Assembly (NCBI RefSeq): GCF_040938485.1
Contig: NW_027273089.1
Location: 1-64,000 of the forward strand
DNA length: 64,000 bases
Direction: 5' to 3'
Source: Diadema antillarum
Taxonomy: Eukaryota
Shown: piece after piece, positions 13,081 to 25,976 of the stretch
Numbering within the stretch: position 1 is the stretch's first letter
Layout of the letters: every line of letters begins with the position of its first letter
Notes under the pieces: generated by a model
The model's input: only the letters and a program-made list of their open reading frames with translations
Told to the model about the DNA's origin: nothing
Databases searched by the model: none
Program-made: the position numbers and the translations under genes

Positions 13081-15275
13081 TTTTATGCCAAACTGCATTA
13101 ATAATTGTTGATTAATTTTTTCTTCATTTATTTTGGTATCTTTGGTACGAATTTGTGAAGGGGTCTTGGACATTCCATTTTATTTACAGGTGTGAGCCCT
13201 ATAGTGGAGGTCATATTTCTTATTTGACTTTTTAACATCATGAATGTGTTTTTGATGAGATTTGCCCCTATAAACCGTCATATGGGAAATTGCACAATCA
13301 AGGGTTATAAAGCTTCTCAAAGAGACACTTTTAAAAACTGATGCCCTTTGGAGTTTTTTCAAAAATAAACCTTTGCAGTTTTGATTAGTTTTTCATAAGA
13401 TAAATACATAGATGCAGGTAGTTATCCTTGATTAAGGGTGTGTCGTCATCACCTTATTGCCTACAAAGTGCTGTAAAACACTTTTATTTATCAAACAGAT
13501 TAACTTGATGTATTTTGAGCTGTTTCAGTAATAGCCCAAACAAAGAAATACATTAAAATGACACAATCATTCAAAGTTGTGTGATACTGACGACTAGTTT
13601 CTACCAAGATCTAGTACCACATCAAGAACATAATAAGAAAACAAATTGTAGTTCAGCAGAGTTGGGGGAGGGGGGGGGGGGGGGAGGGGGAGGGGTAAGG
13701 GGAGAGGAGGGGGGTAGGGGTAGGGGAGGGATGGATGGATTTGACAGAATAGATCAACATAAACCAGCCGACCTTGTATGGGATGAATACTTCCCATTGA
13801 CTTGTGTGCATTGCGTGCATTCTCTATAGTGCTCACACGGGTAAATAATTCCCCATAGAGACGTGTGTTAAAATTCAAATTTCACAAAATTCTGTAAAAT
13901 AGCTGGAAGAAATGAGATGTTTCATTTTCACTAACCTGAATAAGTGAGCTATACCCTGTCATCCATCAAATTTCCAAGGCAGGTTCTTCAGCTCAAACTC
14001 TAAGGGTCTGCAAAGCCAGACTACGAGTTCTTGCCACTCAAAAAACAAAACAAAAAAACACCTATTTTACGTACACGCACCCAATGAAATATAGTCCCTT
14101 CAAATTTCATGAGAAAAGCTTTCATCTTCAAACCAAAATGCAGCTTGTAGAGGAATTCATACTCAATATCTGCAGCTATTCAGTTTTATGCCAAACTGCA
14201 TTAATGATTGTTGATTAATTTTTTCTTCATTTATTTTGGTATCTTTGGTACGAATTTGTGAAGGGATCTTGGACATTCCATTTTATTTACAGGTGTGAGC
14301 CCTATAGAACCCACGTACTTCATTCATTCACCGCCAGAGAGCAGGGTGCATAATCCGGTCGGCAACACTTCAGGGCTGCCATCCTTACAGGTGCCAAGAG
14401 CGAAGACATCGGCAAGAGCAACAATCAACCCTTGGGAAAGAGAGACTCCTAACGACAGGTAGAAGGAGAAATCTGCAAGGAACAGCGCCAAAAAGAACAA
14501 CACAGAAAAAGAAGACCTTTCCCCCAAGACCTAATTAAGCGACACAGACACAAGTGCCATGCAGGATTCAACGTAACTAACAAGGCATGACGTATATCCA
14601 TGCAAACACTTCTAACAAGAAACAGGAATGGCAATGGACTCAATATAGGTACATGGAGTGTGAGAACCATGAGGGTCTACGGCCAGTGGGACATTCCCAA
14701 TTAACGCAGAAGCACTGACATCCTCGGCCTTTTAGTGAAACGCATCTGACAAACAGACACACCTTTATAACCAAGGACAACTTTACATTCATCTTGTCCA
14801 ATAGAGCACACAACATTGACAGAAAAGGGGTTGCCCTAATGACATCAAAGCATTTTCATCTCGACTTGTAACAGCTAAGTTCAAGATGAAGGTATTAAGG
14901 CATACTGAACATCATTCAAGTGTATACGTTCTCACTTCAACCCATAGTGACCAAGACAGTCGAGTGATCTGTTCTACGACGTTCTACTCCATCACATCCA
15001 AAAAGTTCCAAAGAAAGAGGAGCTCAATGTCATGGGTGACTTTACCGCAAAAGCAGGCCCTGATTTCAGCGCGTAGGCCTACAGACACCAACCCTATAGG
15101 CAAGTTTGGGCTGGTATGGGCAAGAGAAATGACAGCTAGGGAAGAAAAACTCCTGGGTCCCGTTCAGGTTGCATAAAACTTTTTAGCAACCTTAAAAAAT
15201 TCAGGTTGGGATTTGCCCAACCTGAATTTTTTAAGGTTGCTAACCTAAGAACGTAAAATCCGTTGCATAAAAACT
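13081..15275 (+). repeat. Copy 2 of the ~2.2-kb local duplication
   Basis: Collinear with 6619-8792, including the unit/RTE junction CCCTATAG|AACCCACG and the MITE start. Confidence 0.92.
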
Positions 15276-16510
15276 CTGATTGGGAGCTTCCAACCAGATT
15301 TTGTGATTTCAACCGGAAAAATATCTGGTTGGAGTTTTATGCAATGGGCCCCTGGAGTTTTGTACATTCCATAAACTTGCCCTGCGTAACACACACTTTC
15401 GATACAACGATTGTAGGAGGATAGCCTTGATTTCCTCATGTGGTACCTAAAAAAAAATCAGTTTGGTTTTAGTATTACAAAACAAGAAATAATGAAACTC
15501 TTCAACAACAGTAACTGTAAATCATTCTCTTCAGCAGAAATTGATTCAAATCATCTCTTAGTCCTGGCAAACATAAAGCTAAGTAGTACCAACAAAACTA
15601 AAACGAATGAAGAGTCTCCTAAAAACGTTTGATGCGAGAAGAATCGAAGATCCTGCCATGGCAGAAGAGTTTAAAGCAAGGATTGGAGGAGCCTTTGAAC
15701 CTATTCTTCAGCCTCCACTTTCCAGCCTTTTAAATCTTTTCCTTGAATTTGTGGCTGATGACATTAAAAAATCAGATGGTGGTCTCCATATATGAACAGG
15801 ATGCATATCAATATCATGCGTTATGACACCACACTGCTAGAGCTGGTATTTGATGACTTACGGATTTTTACAGACATTATATAGAAAAAGCATATAAATC
15901 ATGGTGAATGAAAATCATCAACTCAAAGTGTCGATTAATTTCAAGCGAACAAAGTGACATCAAAATAGTGACGCAATAGAAAAGACAAACAAGTTTGACT
16001 TTCTTGGCAGTACAGTCCCATCAGTAGCAGTGATGTTAAGTGCGGGGCTAATTAGTATCCTTGCAGCTCGGCCGTGTCAAAAGAACAATAATGGTCAAAC
16101 CAAAATATTACAAAAAGTCTAAAAGTGCAAATTTACATAGGACTCAACAGACCAATCGCGACTTATGGACCTGATGAAACATGGACTCTACGAAGAGCAA
16201 ACATAAGTAGACTTGAATCCTTGGAGATGAGATGCCTCAGAATCATTGCAATTAGTGTTCATCTCTTGGACATCAAGAAGTCCCTGAATATCATGAGAGC
16301 ATCCATCAGTCAAGAAATCATCTCACGCAAAATGAAGTGGTTTCGGCATGTCTTGCGTTTGTACGATAACTTCAATTCACAACATGACCACCTGAACATC
16401 CTCCTCTCCGGTGGAAGGACCAACTACGCAGTGATACAAGATCATCCCTGCCGACTCTTGAAAACCAGGCCAAGGAGAAGTATAGGGATACATCGTCCTA
16501 CCTTTAAGCC
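14308..16510 (+). mobile_element. Decayed RTE-clade LINE with internal deletions, interrupted by a MITE
   Basis: Same APE motifs as copy 1, continuing with an IDSNH-L-V-A-IKL (SDH-type) motif near 15540 and the RTE C-terminal motif RPIATYG..TWTL..RLESLEMRCLRII in ORF 16125-16535. The 3' boundary is approximate. Confidence 0.8.
15156..15351. mobile_element. Harbinger-type MITE with CTG TSD
   Basis: Ends GGTCCCGTT[CAGGTT]GCATAAAACT and AGTTTTATGCAATGGGCCC; CTG at 15153-15155 and 15352-15354; internal hairpin AAAAAATTCAGGTTGGG..CCCAACCTGAATTTTTT. A truncated duplicate lies at 8672-8792. Confidence 0.75.
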
Positions 16511-17911
16511 AGTTTTCATAATATTATTGTTGTAAAGTAAACTATATTAAACTAGTTAAACGTAACCAAACCAGTAATCATGAGGAAGCCCAGATTGAGA
16601 CCTCATGTCAATTTACTGCATGCTGTGCATTATCATGTTGGGCATTCTCAGGTCGTCGATTCGAGCGTTCGCAGCATCCGTTCGATGAACGCTACACATG
16701 CGTTTTCCTTCGATCTTTACTTGCACGCTCGTGATGCGGCAAGCATACAATCATCGTGCGTCAGGCGTGCGTCTTACGTGTCTTATACATTTTCCAGTTC
16801 GCTGAAAAACAGATTTTCATCAATACGAGCGTATTCGAGCATTTCTGGACTTTGCCGAATTAAAAAAAAAAGGAAAAAAGTTTCCAACCTTTTCAATTAC
16901 ATACACTCAGTTCAAACGAATTCTTTATGAAACCCAAATCAAGCCATGAGGACATAGTGTACATGTAAGTATAAAAATATTCAGAAAATAGTGATAAAAG
17001 ACCACTACGTTCTGAATCATAAAACTGAGACGGCATGTTTTATGCAAATAGTGCACTAAACTCACAATCACACAGGATTAATAACTCACACAATAATTAC
17101 ACGTACAGTACAAGTTATACATACAAGCACGTACTGCAATTCAAATGCCAATTACTCAAATGCTTTTATTCTAAAAGATGCTGGACTATAATTATGTTAA
17201 CATGCATCACCAACACAAAACAAAAACAAGAACAAACAAACAAACAAACAAACACACAATGATAAAAAAACGAGGAAGAAAGGTAGCGCATAAGATGATA
17301 TTCCAGTATCTTAGGCCTGAAGATACGTACTTGCGGGTAAGTCCTACATCCGGCTGGTTTGGGATCACAGTGTACTCGGTGCACCACTCTCACAATAATA
17401 TACTAATAGTAGTAAACGTTTGATCTCAATAAGACATCAGTAGCTTAGGAATATTGAATGTTGTATAGTAGGATTATATATGAATGTCGAGAGTTTTCAT
17501 GACTGTTTATAATACGACAGCGGGCATAACTATATGAAAATATTGCTAGGTTTTCATGTTTTTGAGGTGTAGAGTCACAATTAAACTTCTGAAAAATTAT
17601 TACTTTTTAAATCATTTTTTAAAACATGCCACTGCTTTGCGAAACTGTCTTAACGAGCATATACATCTATCAAAGTACACTACTGACTCACCAGTGAGAT
17701 CAAAAAACATGAGGGCTATTAAGACTCCGCCGTTCATGTCGTCACTTTTTAGGCCAGCTTCACTGCAAACAAGTACAAACCTTGCGCGTGACTTGTTGCA
17801 TACCCTGCCTTGCAGACTGCTGCAAGACTGCTGGCCAGCTTCTGAAGCGAGATCTACCTAGAGCTCGGGAGAAGTCGTTCTTTTGATACTGCCAATCTAG
17901 AGACCGATGTA

Positions 17912-17925
17912 GTTGCTATGGTAAC
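17912..17925. promoter_or_regulatory. RFX X-box-like motif
   Basis: GTTGCTATGGTAAC within a CpG-rich island (17760-18020). Confidence 0.4.
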
Positions 17926-18445
17926 CTGTCATACCCTTCAGTTTGGTTTCCCGCGAGCGCGAAAATTGTTCATCGATACGTCGTACGCTTTATATACGTA
18001 TGAGTTCGAAGTTCCGGTCAGCTCACATTTTAAAAAGGAATGACATAGTTTTGGTTGAAGTGGAGATTCAGATTTTAACTTATTGCGAGATAAGCAGAAA
18101 CCTCTCATAAAGTATCAAAGAGTTTAGTTACAATTCTAAGAGGAATTCAAGGTTTATTTGATGAAAACTGATTTAGAATAAGATGAATTGGCTTATCTAA
18201 TTTCCAAGAAAAGAAATGCACCGTCGAAATTCTGTAATTGTTGCGTGGTTTCTCAATTACTCATTGATATAATGTTCATTACTTAATTTTAGACTATAAT
18301 GAATCAGAGTTGCAACCAAGAGTTTAGAGGAGTGGAGTGGAAAGGGGTATCTCCGCCTCCCACGCGGGGTAGCTTCCCTAGGGGTACAGCTTCTGCATGC
18401 GTAGAATTGAAATTCAACGATCTGATGTCCACTTTTGATGCGTAT

Positions 18446-18650
18446 CAGGGTAATTACCCCAAGGTCAATACCCCCCCCCCCCCCCCCCCCCGGCTAGATA
18501 CTGGTTAGTGATAAGGTTACAGTAAAGATTAGGGTAAGGGTTAGGTTTAGGGTATAGAGTTTGGTTTAGGGTTAAGATTAGGTTCAGGATTAGGATTAGG
18601 GTTACGGTCAGGGGAAGGACCCGGGGTAATTGCCCTAGAGGTAATTGCCC
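18446..18650 (+). repeat. Interspersed element with degenerate (TTAGGG)-like hexamer core
   Basis: GGGTAATTRCCC boxes at both ends with a TTAGGG/TTAGGA/TAAGGG run between; an inverted copy lies at 54493-54680. Confidence 0.7.
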
Positions 18651-19300
18651 TAGATCTCTCCCGCCTCCCACGCGGGGTAGCTTCCCAACGGGTATAGCTT
18701 CTGCATGAGTAGAATTGAAATTCAAGGATCTGATGTATTATACACTTCTGATGGATTATTGAAAAATGATTGATCAAAGCGGTAAGAAAATGAACACTGG
18801 AATTCAAGAAAATGTCGAATGGTTCAAACGTGGTAGGCTTATATCTGTCAGGTCTTCTGCGTGTGCATCTTCCCTGCGCACCAAGTCTGTGGAGGCTGAA
18901 AGCGCTCGCCTTCAATACTTACTACCAGAAAACAACAAGGAGCAGTCAATAAAGGGGTGACGACAAAATACGATAATGCATTTGGATCTATGAGCAGAGT
19001 TATGATTTGGGAAGTTGGGGTTAATTTTGAAAAGTCATGATTCGGGAGGATGTTATAATTGATTTCTCATAGATCTCTTGATAAAACGGACTTATTACCG
19101 ATGGAGAAGTTATCGGTTCATGGAGTTATGATTGATTAGGGAGAGTCATAACTGATTTCCGGGATTATAATCAAACATTTGGAGCATTTTGTGCACTGTC
19201 CTCTGATGAGCTGCTAAGTGATTTACAGTGACATTTAACTCACACGATATACAATGTACAAATGTATATTACACACATACACCTAATATATCATATTATA

Positions 19301-19542
19301 CAGGGCTTGACACTATTTTGTTTCTCTGGTAGCCCGTTCGGGCCATCAAAATCTTGACTTTTAATCTGAAATTTTGGTGGCCTGAAAAAGAAATGTATTG
19401 GCCCAAAATATACGGAAACAAAATACATGCACAATTTGTATTCCCTTTTGAATCTTCAGTGCCCCAAGTGCACCAAAAGCGCACAAAAAAATCCCGACAT
19501 ACATTTTTAGTGACCCCACGCTACCGCTGAGGTCGAGCCCTG
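19301..19542. mobile_element. hAT-like MITE related to 30402-30815
   Basis: CAGGGCTTGACACTA ... GTCGAGCCCTG. Confidence 0.55.
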
Positions 19543-19581
19543 ATCCTGACATATTATGATATATGCATATATATATATAAC

Positions 19582-19801
19582 GAAGAATAAACCGGTAATG
19601 CAATATTTCGCCAATATAGAATTTATTGAGCAACTCAAATTTTCGGTGGCTTCCATCCACCTTCTTCAGGAGTCTCGACGCGGAGTCTCGACGCGGAATC
19701 CGCGTCGAGACTCCTGAAGAAGGTGGATGGAAGCCACCGAAAATTTGAGTTGCTCAATAAACTCTATATTGGCGAAATATTGCATTACCGGTTTATTCTT
19801 C
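19582..19801. mobile_element. 220-bp palindrome, probable inverted Penelope-like retroelement terminus with hammerhead-like motif
   Basis: Arms 19582-19684 and 19699-19801 (103 bp, 1 mismatch) are seen directly. Each arm carries CTGAAGA-A-GGTGG-ATGGAAG-CCACC-GAAA followed by AATAAA. The Penelope assignment is inferred. Confidence 0.6.
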
Positions 19802-22800
19802 TTTAAATTGGAGCCAATACGTGCATTCGCAACATATATATATATATAATACAAAAATACAAAATACAAACTGCAAAGAGGCTAAAATTCTATGAAATTT
19901 CTGATGATTTATTATGCAATGATTTGCAGTACTTAGTCAACTGCTTTTCACACACCATTATTTGACAAAAGAAAATGTTTCCATTCATGTAGCAGTCATT
20001 TGTAACTGTTGCACTCTGATCTATAGACCTTCTGCTTCGCTAGTTTGTGAGTGTAGTCAGTTGGCGATCGAGCCAGCTCTCATGTTACTACAAATATCCT
20101 TGAGATTAACAGCATGCCGGTCATGAGTACTCATTGTGCACCAGAGAGCTGGATTACCCTCCTTCTTTGTGACAAGCGGATTCTCCCTTCCAGGTTTTGA
20201 ATCATGTCAAAATTAAAGTATCTGGGCACCCTTTCATCAAAGCTGTCAGCCCTGACAAGTTGTCAGTCACTGACAATTACCATAGTAACAGTCAGCTACA
20301 AGAGCATCTCAACCAATCAAAACCAAGGATTTTGCTGAAATTGTCAGAGACTTACAACTTGTCAGCACTGACTAAATTGATGACCCCCCCCCCCCCCCCC
20401 ACTGTTCTCTTGGTCAATAAGCCAGTTCGTACTTGTAGTTCCACTTTGCGCATGAGCAGAAACAAGGTCATTCGGACCAACAGGCATAACGGTTTTTAAA
20501 TTCACTGGGATAAGCATCTGTAATGTAATGATTATTCATGAGATACTTATAAATGCTGCTTGCCAGCACATCCACCTGACAGCAAAAGTGGTATTTGGCA
20601 ATATCAATAGAAAGAGATTGTCAATACATTCAATGCAAAATAATGAAATGGATGCTTTCCCAAGTGTAAATTGACGGATCGTTCTGCTCATCTGGTCTAC
20701 GCAACTCTATTCTTTGTTTGAACAGGATTGTGAATTCCATAAATTGTTATGTAAAGCTTATGCATTATGTCGCTCTAAAACGAGTTAAGTGCCCCTAACC
20801 GACTGAGAAAAGAGAAAGGTCATTCGTACCAATGCGCCCATGAGCTAACTCCGAACTAGCTTATACAGTCTTGGTTGGAATTTCATATATCATGCACGTG
20901 TGAACGTCATGATGAAATGAACACTTTTTTCAAGGGTCTCTACAGAAAGAATTCCCTCAACTATGGCTGGTTCGTCTGCACGTAATCATTGAATAAACGG
21001 TTCATCCTAAAAGTGCAGTGACCTTGTCAAGAAGAATCTCTCCATATGTCACATAAGTTAACTTTCACACATCAAAATCATTTCCAAAGACTATAAAGGA
21101 GATACTCCTGTATTACATGTATCTCAGTAACACTCGAGAGATGCCGATTGCAAAACGACAACTCCACTCAATTTGAGATAATACATCCAAAATAACAATT
21201 AAGAATGCACTTTCCTTTAAATTGTAACTTTAAGAATACATTGTACTCCTTGTTATGCAACAAGTGAGATATCATTGGAAAGGTGTTGTTTTGCTCTATC
21301 TGATGACGGATTTTCTTTAGAATATTCAACAATGGTACCCAGCCCTTTTTGCGACCCAACTCATTGCTTACTCCCAGTCAAGATTTGACTGTCAAGATTT
21401 GAAAGAGCACATAATTTTTGATTGACTCTCCTGCAGAATCAGAGAGACTTGGTATCTCTGATACCATCTGTTTTGAACAATCTTTTTGCCACGTACACAA
21501 AACAGACCAGATGAGTTTCCATGACCTTGTGAGGTCATAAAATTTGGTCTCTATCTCTGTTAATATCACTACATTATCCTTGATCTGTTCTGAGCACAGT
21601 CACAAAGAAAGACATGTCTGATTAATAACACTCTGTGCGTTAAGTGCAGTGGGATTGACAAATGAAATCAGTGGTAACTGAGACGAGTTTTCGAGATGCC
21701 AACTAAAGTGCTCTTAGATTAACATTCCACTGGTCATGTTTCATTCATTTATGATATTTCATTATATTTATGATATTTGAACTTGACCTGTCACTGCTCT
21801 GTTGTCTCATTTTCTTTAACCTCATAAACAAAGTAAAATAAAACAAGAAATACATTTTGTACTGTAATGTAATGTAAATAAAACACATCTCCATGGGAAC
21901 ATTCTCTTCCATGAAAAACTGTGAAATATGCCTTCATTTGACTGCACATTTGTACCACACTGAAATTGCTTCTCACCTACCACGGTCATTTTCATTTAAA
22001 ACGCTTGTAATACTACAAAAGTTTGTGCATGTTCAGTGGAAGCAGACATAGTAAATGTATAAGTGTGTGTGTTGTCATTATACATACAAACCCACAAATA
22101 CACACAACCATTTGATATCATTGTAGAAAATTTAGCCAACAGCTGGATGTGTAATTCAACACTATGAAACTACAATACAATTTTGAAATTGGCCGAAATT
22201 TGGGAAAATTAGGGAATCTGTTTATCCATGAAAAGTACATAATACTGGATAGAGTCAAGTTTGTTTAAATTTCATACTTAACTGCATCTGAAAAAAAAAG
22301 AAGAAGAAAAGTTAACTGTATTTGTATTTACAAAATAAGAATATATTTACCAGGCATCTTCCAACTGCACAGAATGAAATTTATCTGACTTTGTTTCATG
22401 AATAAAGACAAGAATTTTTTTTTCTTTCCATAAGTAAACTTGAACGAATTCAAATGCTGTTTGACAGGTCATACTCAGAAGTCATAAAGAGCTGCTAAAT
22501 CATATAATGTACATGAAAGGTAATAATCACACAAAATATATGATCTACATGCATACATAATAAAACTCATGAAATATGCAAAGGGAGTGTACAAAACCAT
22601 TCTGCCAAAATAAAAAGTTAAGTATTGTGATTGTACAGTTAAGTTCATATAAGCATTGAGTACAGTACATTTGCTCTCATTTGCATAAATAAAAATGCTC
22701 TACATAAGAGCATCTTAAACATAGTAGTGACACACATCAAAACAACTTAATGACAGCAATACAAGTGAAAAGAAAAAATCACACTTTGATATCATTACAT

Positions 22801-22835
22801 CCACTCATAATTACTGTTATCAGTCAGTACTTTTA

Positions 22836-22997
22836 CAGTGGCGGATCCAGAGGGGGCACACCAGGCGCGCGCCCCCTCTTTATTTTTTTTTAAACAAAAG
22901 AAATAAAAAGAAAAAAAATGGGGGGGGGGGGGCACGTGCGCCCCCTGTAACTCTGTAAAGGCGCCTCCCCTTTACGGAATTCCTGGATCCGCCCCTG
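22836..22997. mobile_element. MITE, same family as 2419-2585
   Basis: CAGTGGCGGATCCAG ... CTGGATCCGCCCCTG. Confidence 0.7.
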
Positions 22998-23308
22998 GGG
23001 CTTTTATCTATACAAATACTCTGCACTTCCCTCTGCATTTTGTTCAGTATGTGAAGCTTTAGCCCATAACATAACCAATCCTCCGTCATTAATTAATGAG
23101 AATTCCCCTTTAAATGCCAGTAAAATACCAGCGAATACTAGCAAACAATTCTCCCTTAAATACCAGTAAAATACCAGTGAATACTAGCAAACTACAAATA
23201 AATGGATATCTATTACTCTTGAATTTCACATTCACTGAACATGGACTTTTTGCAATACACTGGAAAGTGAGAAAACTATTTGTATATAAGCATGTAATTT
23301 CACTTTAA

Positions 23309-24061
23309 CTGTAACCAGGCCGGTCTTTTTGGGGTGTTCTGTGGCCGAGGGGGGATTGATTCAACCCCCCCGAGATCTTGGCCGTCGATCGCGCAATCGC
23401 CATGAAAATTGGCACATGCATTACCTGTGGCGTAATCTACTACACTATACAAAAAGAAATGGAAATTTTCATTATATTAATTAATCATGCTAATATATAA
23501 ATACAATCGTACATTTTGCTCTAAATCAGAAAGTAAAGCTCCTAGATTCCTAATTTTTGGTGATAACATTCTTTGTAGCATTCCTAACAATGTACTAAAA
23601 AAAAATCTGCTATTAAACTTATTTTTTTTAATGTATTTTATTGTTTTATAAATTTCTTATGTATTTCTTTGTTTTTCGACCTTTTGTTTCATCATTTTTT
23701 TCCCCAAAATTTATGACAGAACCTTTTTCAAGCATAATTATGCTAAAATTAATTGATTTCAGCCTATGAAAGTGACAATAATCATATCTTTATGAATAAG
23801 GTGAGAAAACTCCATTTGCATAGACTTTATACACAAAATCACGTTTTTGAGCCATTTTCGGTCTGACAGGCATGTGTAAAAGGTCGTGCTGCGTCGTAAC
23901 GGTAGGCACGGTTTTCGCGAAAATGGTGTCAAAAGATGTGCGAGACTTGAAAGTATTAAGTCAGCGAACGGCGCTGTCAGAAAATTTCGTGCGACGGAGT
24001 AGTAGCGAAAAATGTCTGGGGGGGTTGATTCAACCTCCCCCCCCCCCCTGCCCTTTTAGGG
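23309..24061. mobile_element. piggyBac-like non-autonomous element
   Basis: TTAA on both sides, right end ...TAGGG|TTAA, subterminal GGGGGGATTGATTCAACCCCCC motif at both ends. The left terminus is degenerate. Confidence 0.5.
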
Positions 24062-25807
24062 TTAAAGGGTAAGAGGGGTTATACAGTAAATGATAGTAGG
24101 ACTAAAGAAAGATAATTTCTGCATGAGAATAAAAGAAGCCATCACCTATGAAACTCATAACTATTAATAATCAAAGCATGGATGGTTTTGGTTAGTTTCA
24201 GAGGAAAAACTCATCAGTGAAACTCTGCCTTGCAAACAGTAATTTCTTGAAAAGTTTGTAAGATGTACAGATGCAGAAATAGTAGTGTGTTATCTCTAAG
24301 AACACAGATAACCTCATCTTTCCTTTAAAAGGAATTTTCTCCTCTGTCTTGCTAAACCTCTCTGTGTATATCATTGACTACTCAAAACCCGACACAACAA
24401 AATTTCTATATGAAAGAGTACTTTACCTATGAAACAAACAAATAAACGCAGTCTTTGCAGAAATGTATGCAGAACAAGAGTGGATATCTAAAATGAATCA
24501 TGGCTCTTCTAAAGGATAAACCCAAGTCAAAATGACAGCAAAAGGACCACTAAACAAGCAAACACCTAATATAAACTGAGATCAACCAGACTCAGCAAGG
24601 AGTTTGACCGATTTACACACGATGTCTTGTTTGGCAGACTGAATGTCCGCAAACCAATTTCAGGTTAATGGTATATCAAAGAATAATGGAACAGTTATGA
24701 GACAACAGATGGGCCTTAACTCAGACGGAGAGAGAATTACCTTGCTCCACTTGAATTTTAGACATACACACATACTGACAAATTACACCATGAACTGCAC
24801 TAGAAGAAATAAAAGCTTTTTATGTATATGGGTTAACAAGAGAAAAATCCAATGCACAGCTGAGTTTTAGGACTAAAAATCTGTGTATGAAATGAAAAAG
24901 ATACATCTCTCATGAGGTGAGGTGGCAATATTCCACACCCCCACTTTACAAATCCATTCCCCTCCCCTGCCCTCCCCTCCCCTGCCCTCCCCCCCCCCTC
25001 CGACTCACACACACAAAAGAAAAACAAGAAATAAGAATATAATAGAGAATATGAAAAATTACATACATATATAAATTAATTACTGAATATACAAATACAT
25101 TAATGAATTAATAAAGAAACAAATGGATGGATAATGAGAAATGACTATTTCAATTTAATTGTTAATTAAACTACTTAACATGTAAATCACACATCACACA
25201 TGTCTTCAAAATGATTCCTGAATTGTAAAGATCTTTCTCGTCAACACACAATAGAAACTGTGTTGTTTTCTATCAACATTGCATCCTTCAATACCATCTT
25301 TGTATGGCACGCACATCGCATCACATCACATCAAGAAATCAAATTGAAGTAGTACCATTCATTGCTAGGTAATGCATATGGTATAAAATAAGTTTGGTCA
25401 TATATCATTTGTATGTACATATTGACATAATTTACATCCATTTCCTTTTACTTTCAATCAATTTGTAGAGCACAAATTGCGTGGCTTATATCGCTGGCCA
25501 ACTTTTAAGTTTGTAAGTGTCATGTTAACTAAAAAGGCTCTACTACGGAACAGTGATTTCCAAAATCCTCATGCAAATGTGTTCAGCCATTGGTAGCAAA
25601 ATAATTTTCAATGGGTTTTCTATCTTTCACTGATTATTTAAAAGCAAAGTTTTTAGTGTTTTTTTTTCCTCCGCCCCTTCACAACAATATGTATTGCACT
25701 CGTTAATCTGATCATTCCATGTTTGTGGTCATCTACACCACTTTTGCAATACTATTGTCATCGACTTGCCAGTTTTCATTTACACTTTCGAGATAATATA
25801 TAACCTG

Positions 25808-25976
25808 GGCCCTGTTTCATAAAGCTGTTCATAAAGTTACGAACAACTTACGAGCCACTGGTGATCAGTTCTGATGTGCTACACTTATCAAAATTTCCAT
25901 AATTCAGCACAAGAACTGATCACCAGTTGCTCGTAAGTCGTTCGTAACTTTACGAACAGCTTTATGAAACACTCCC
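25808..25976. mobile_element. Harbinger-type foldback MITE with CTG TSD
   Basis: About 60-bp imperfect TIRs (GGCCCTGTTTCATAAAGCTGTTC... / ...GAACAGCTTTATGAAACACTCCC); CTG at 25805-25807 and 25977-25979. Confidence 0.8.

Noticed and set aside
16125-16535. 136-aa ORF as a host gene
   Set aside because: It is the decayed C-terminus of the RTE LINE.
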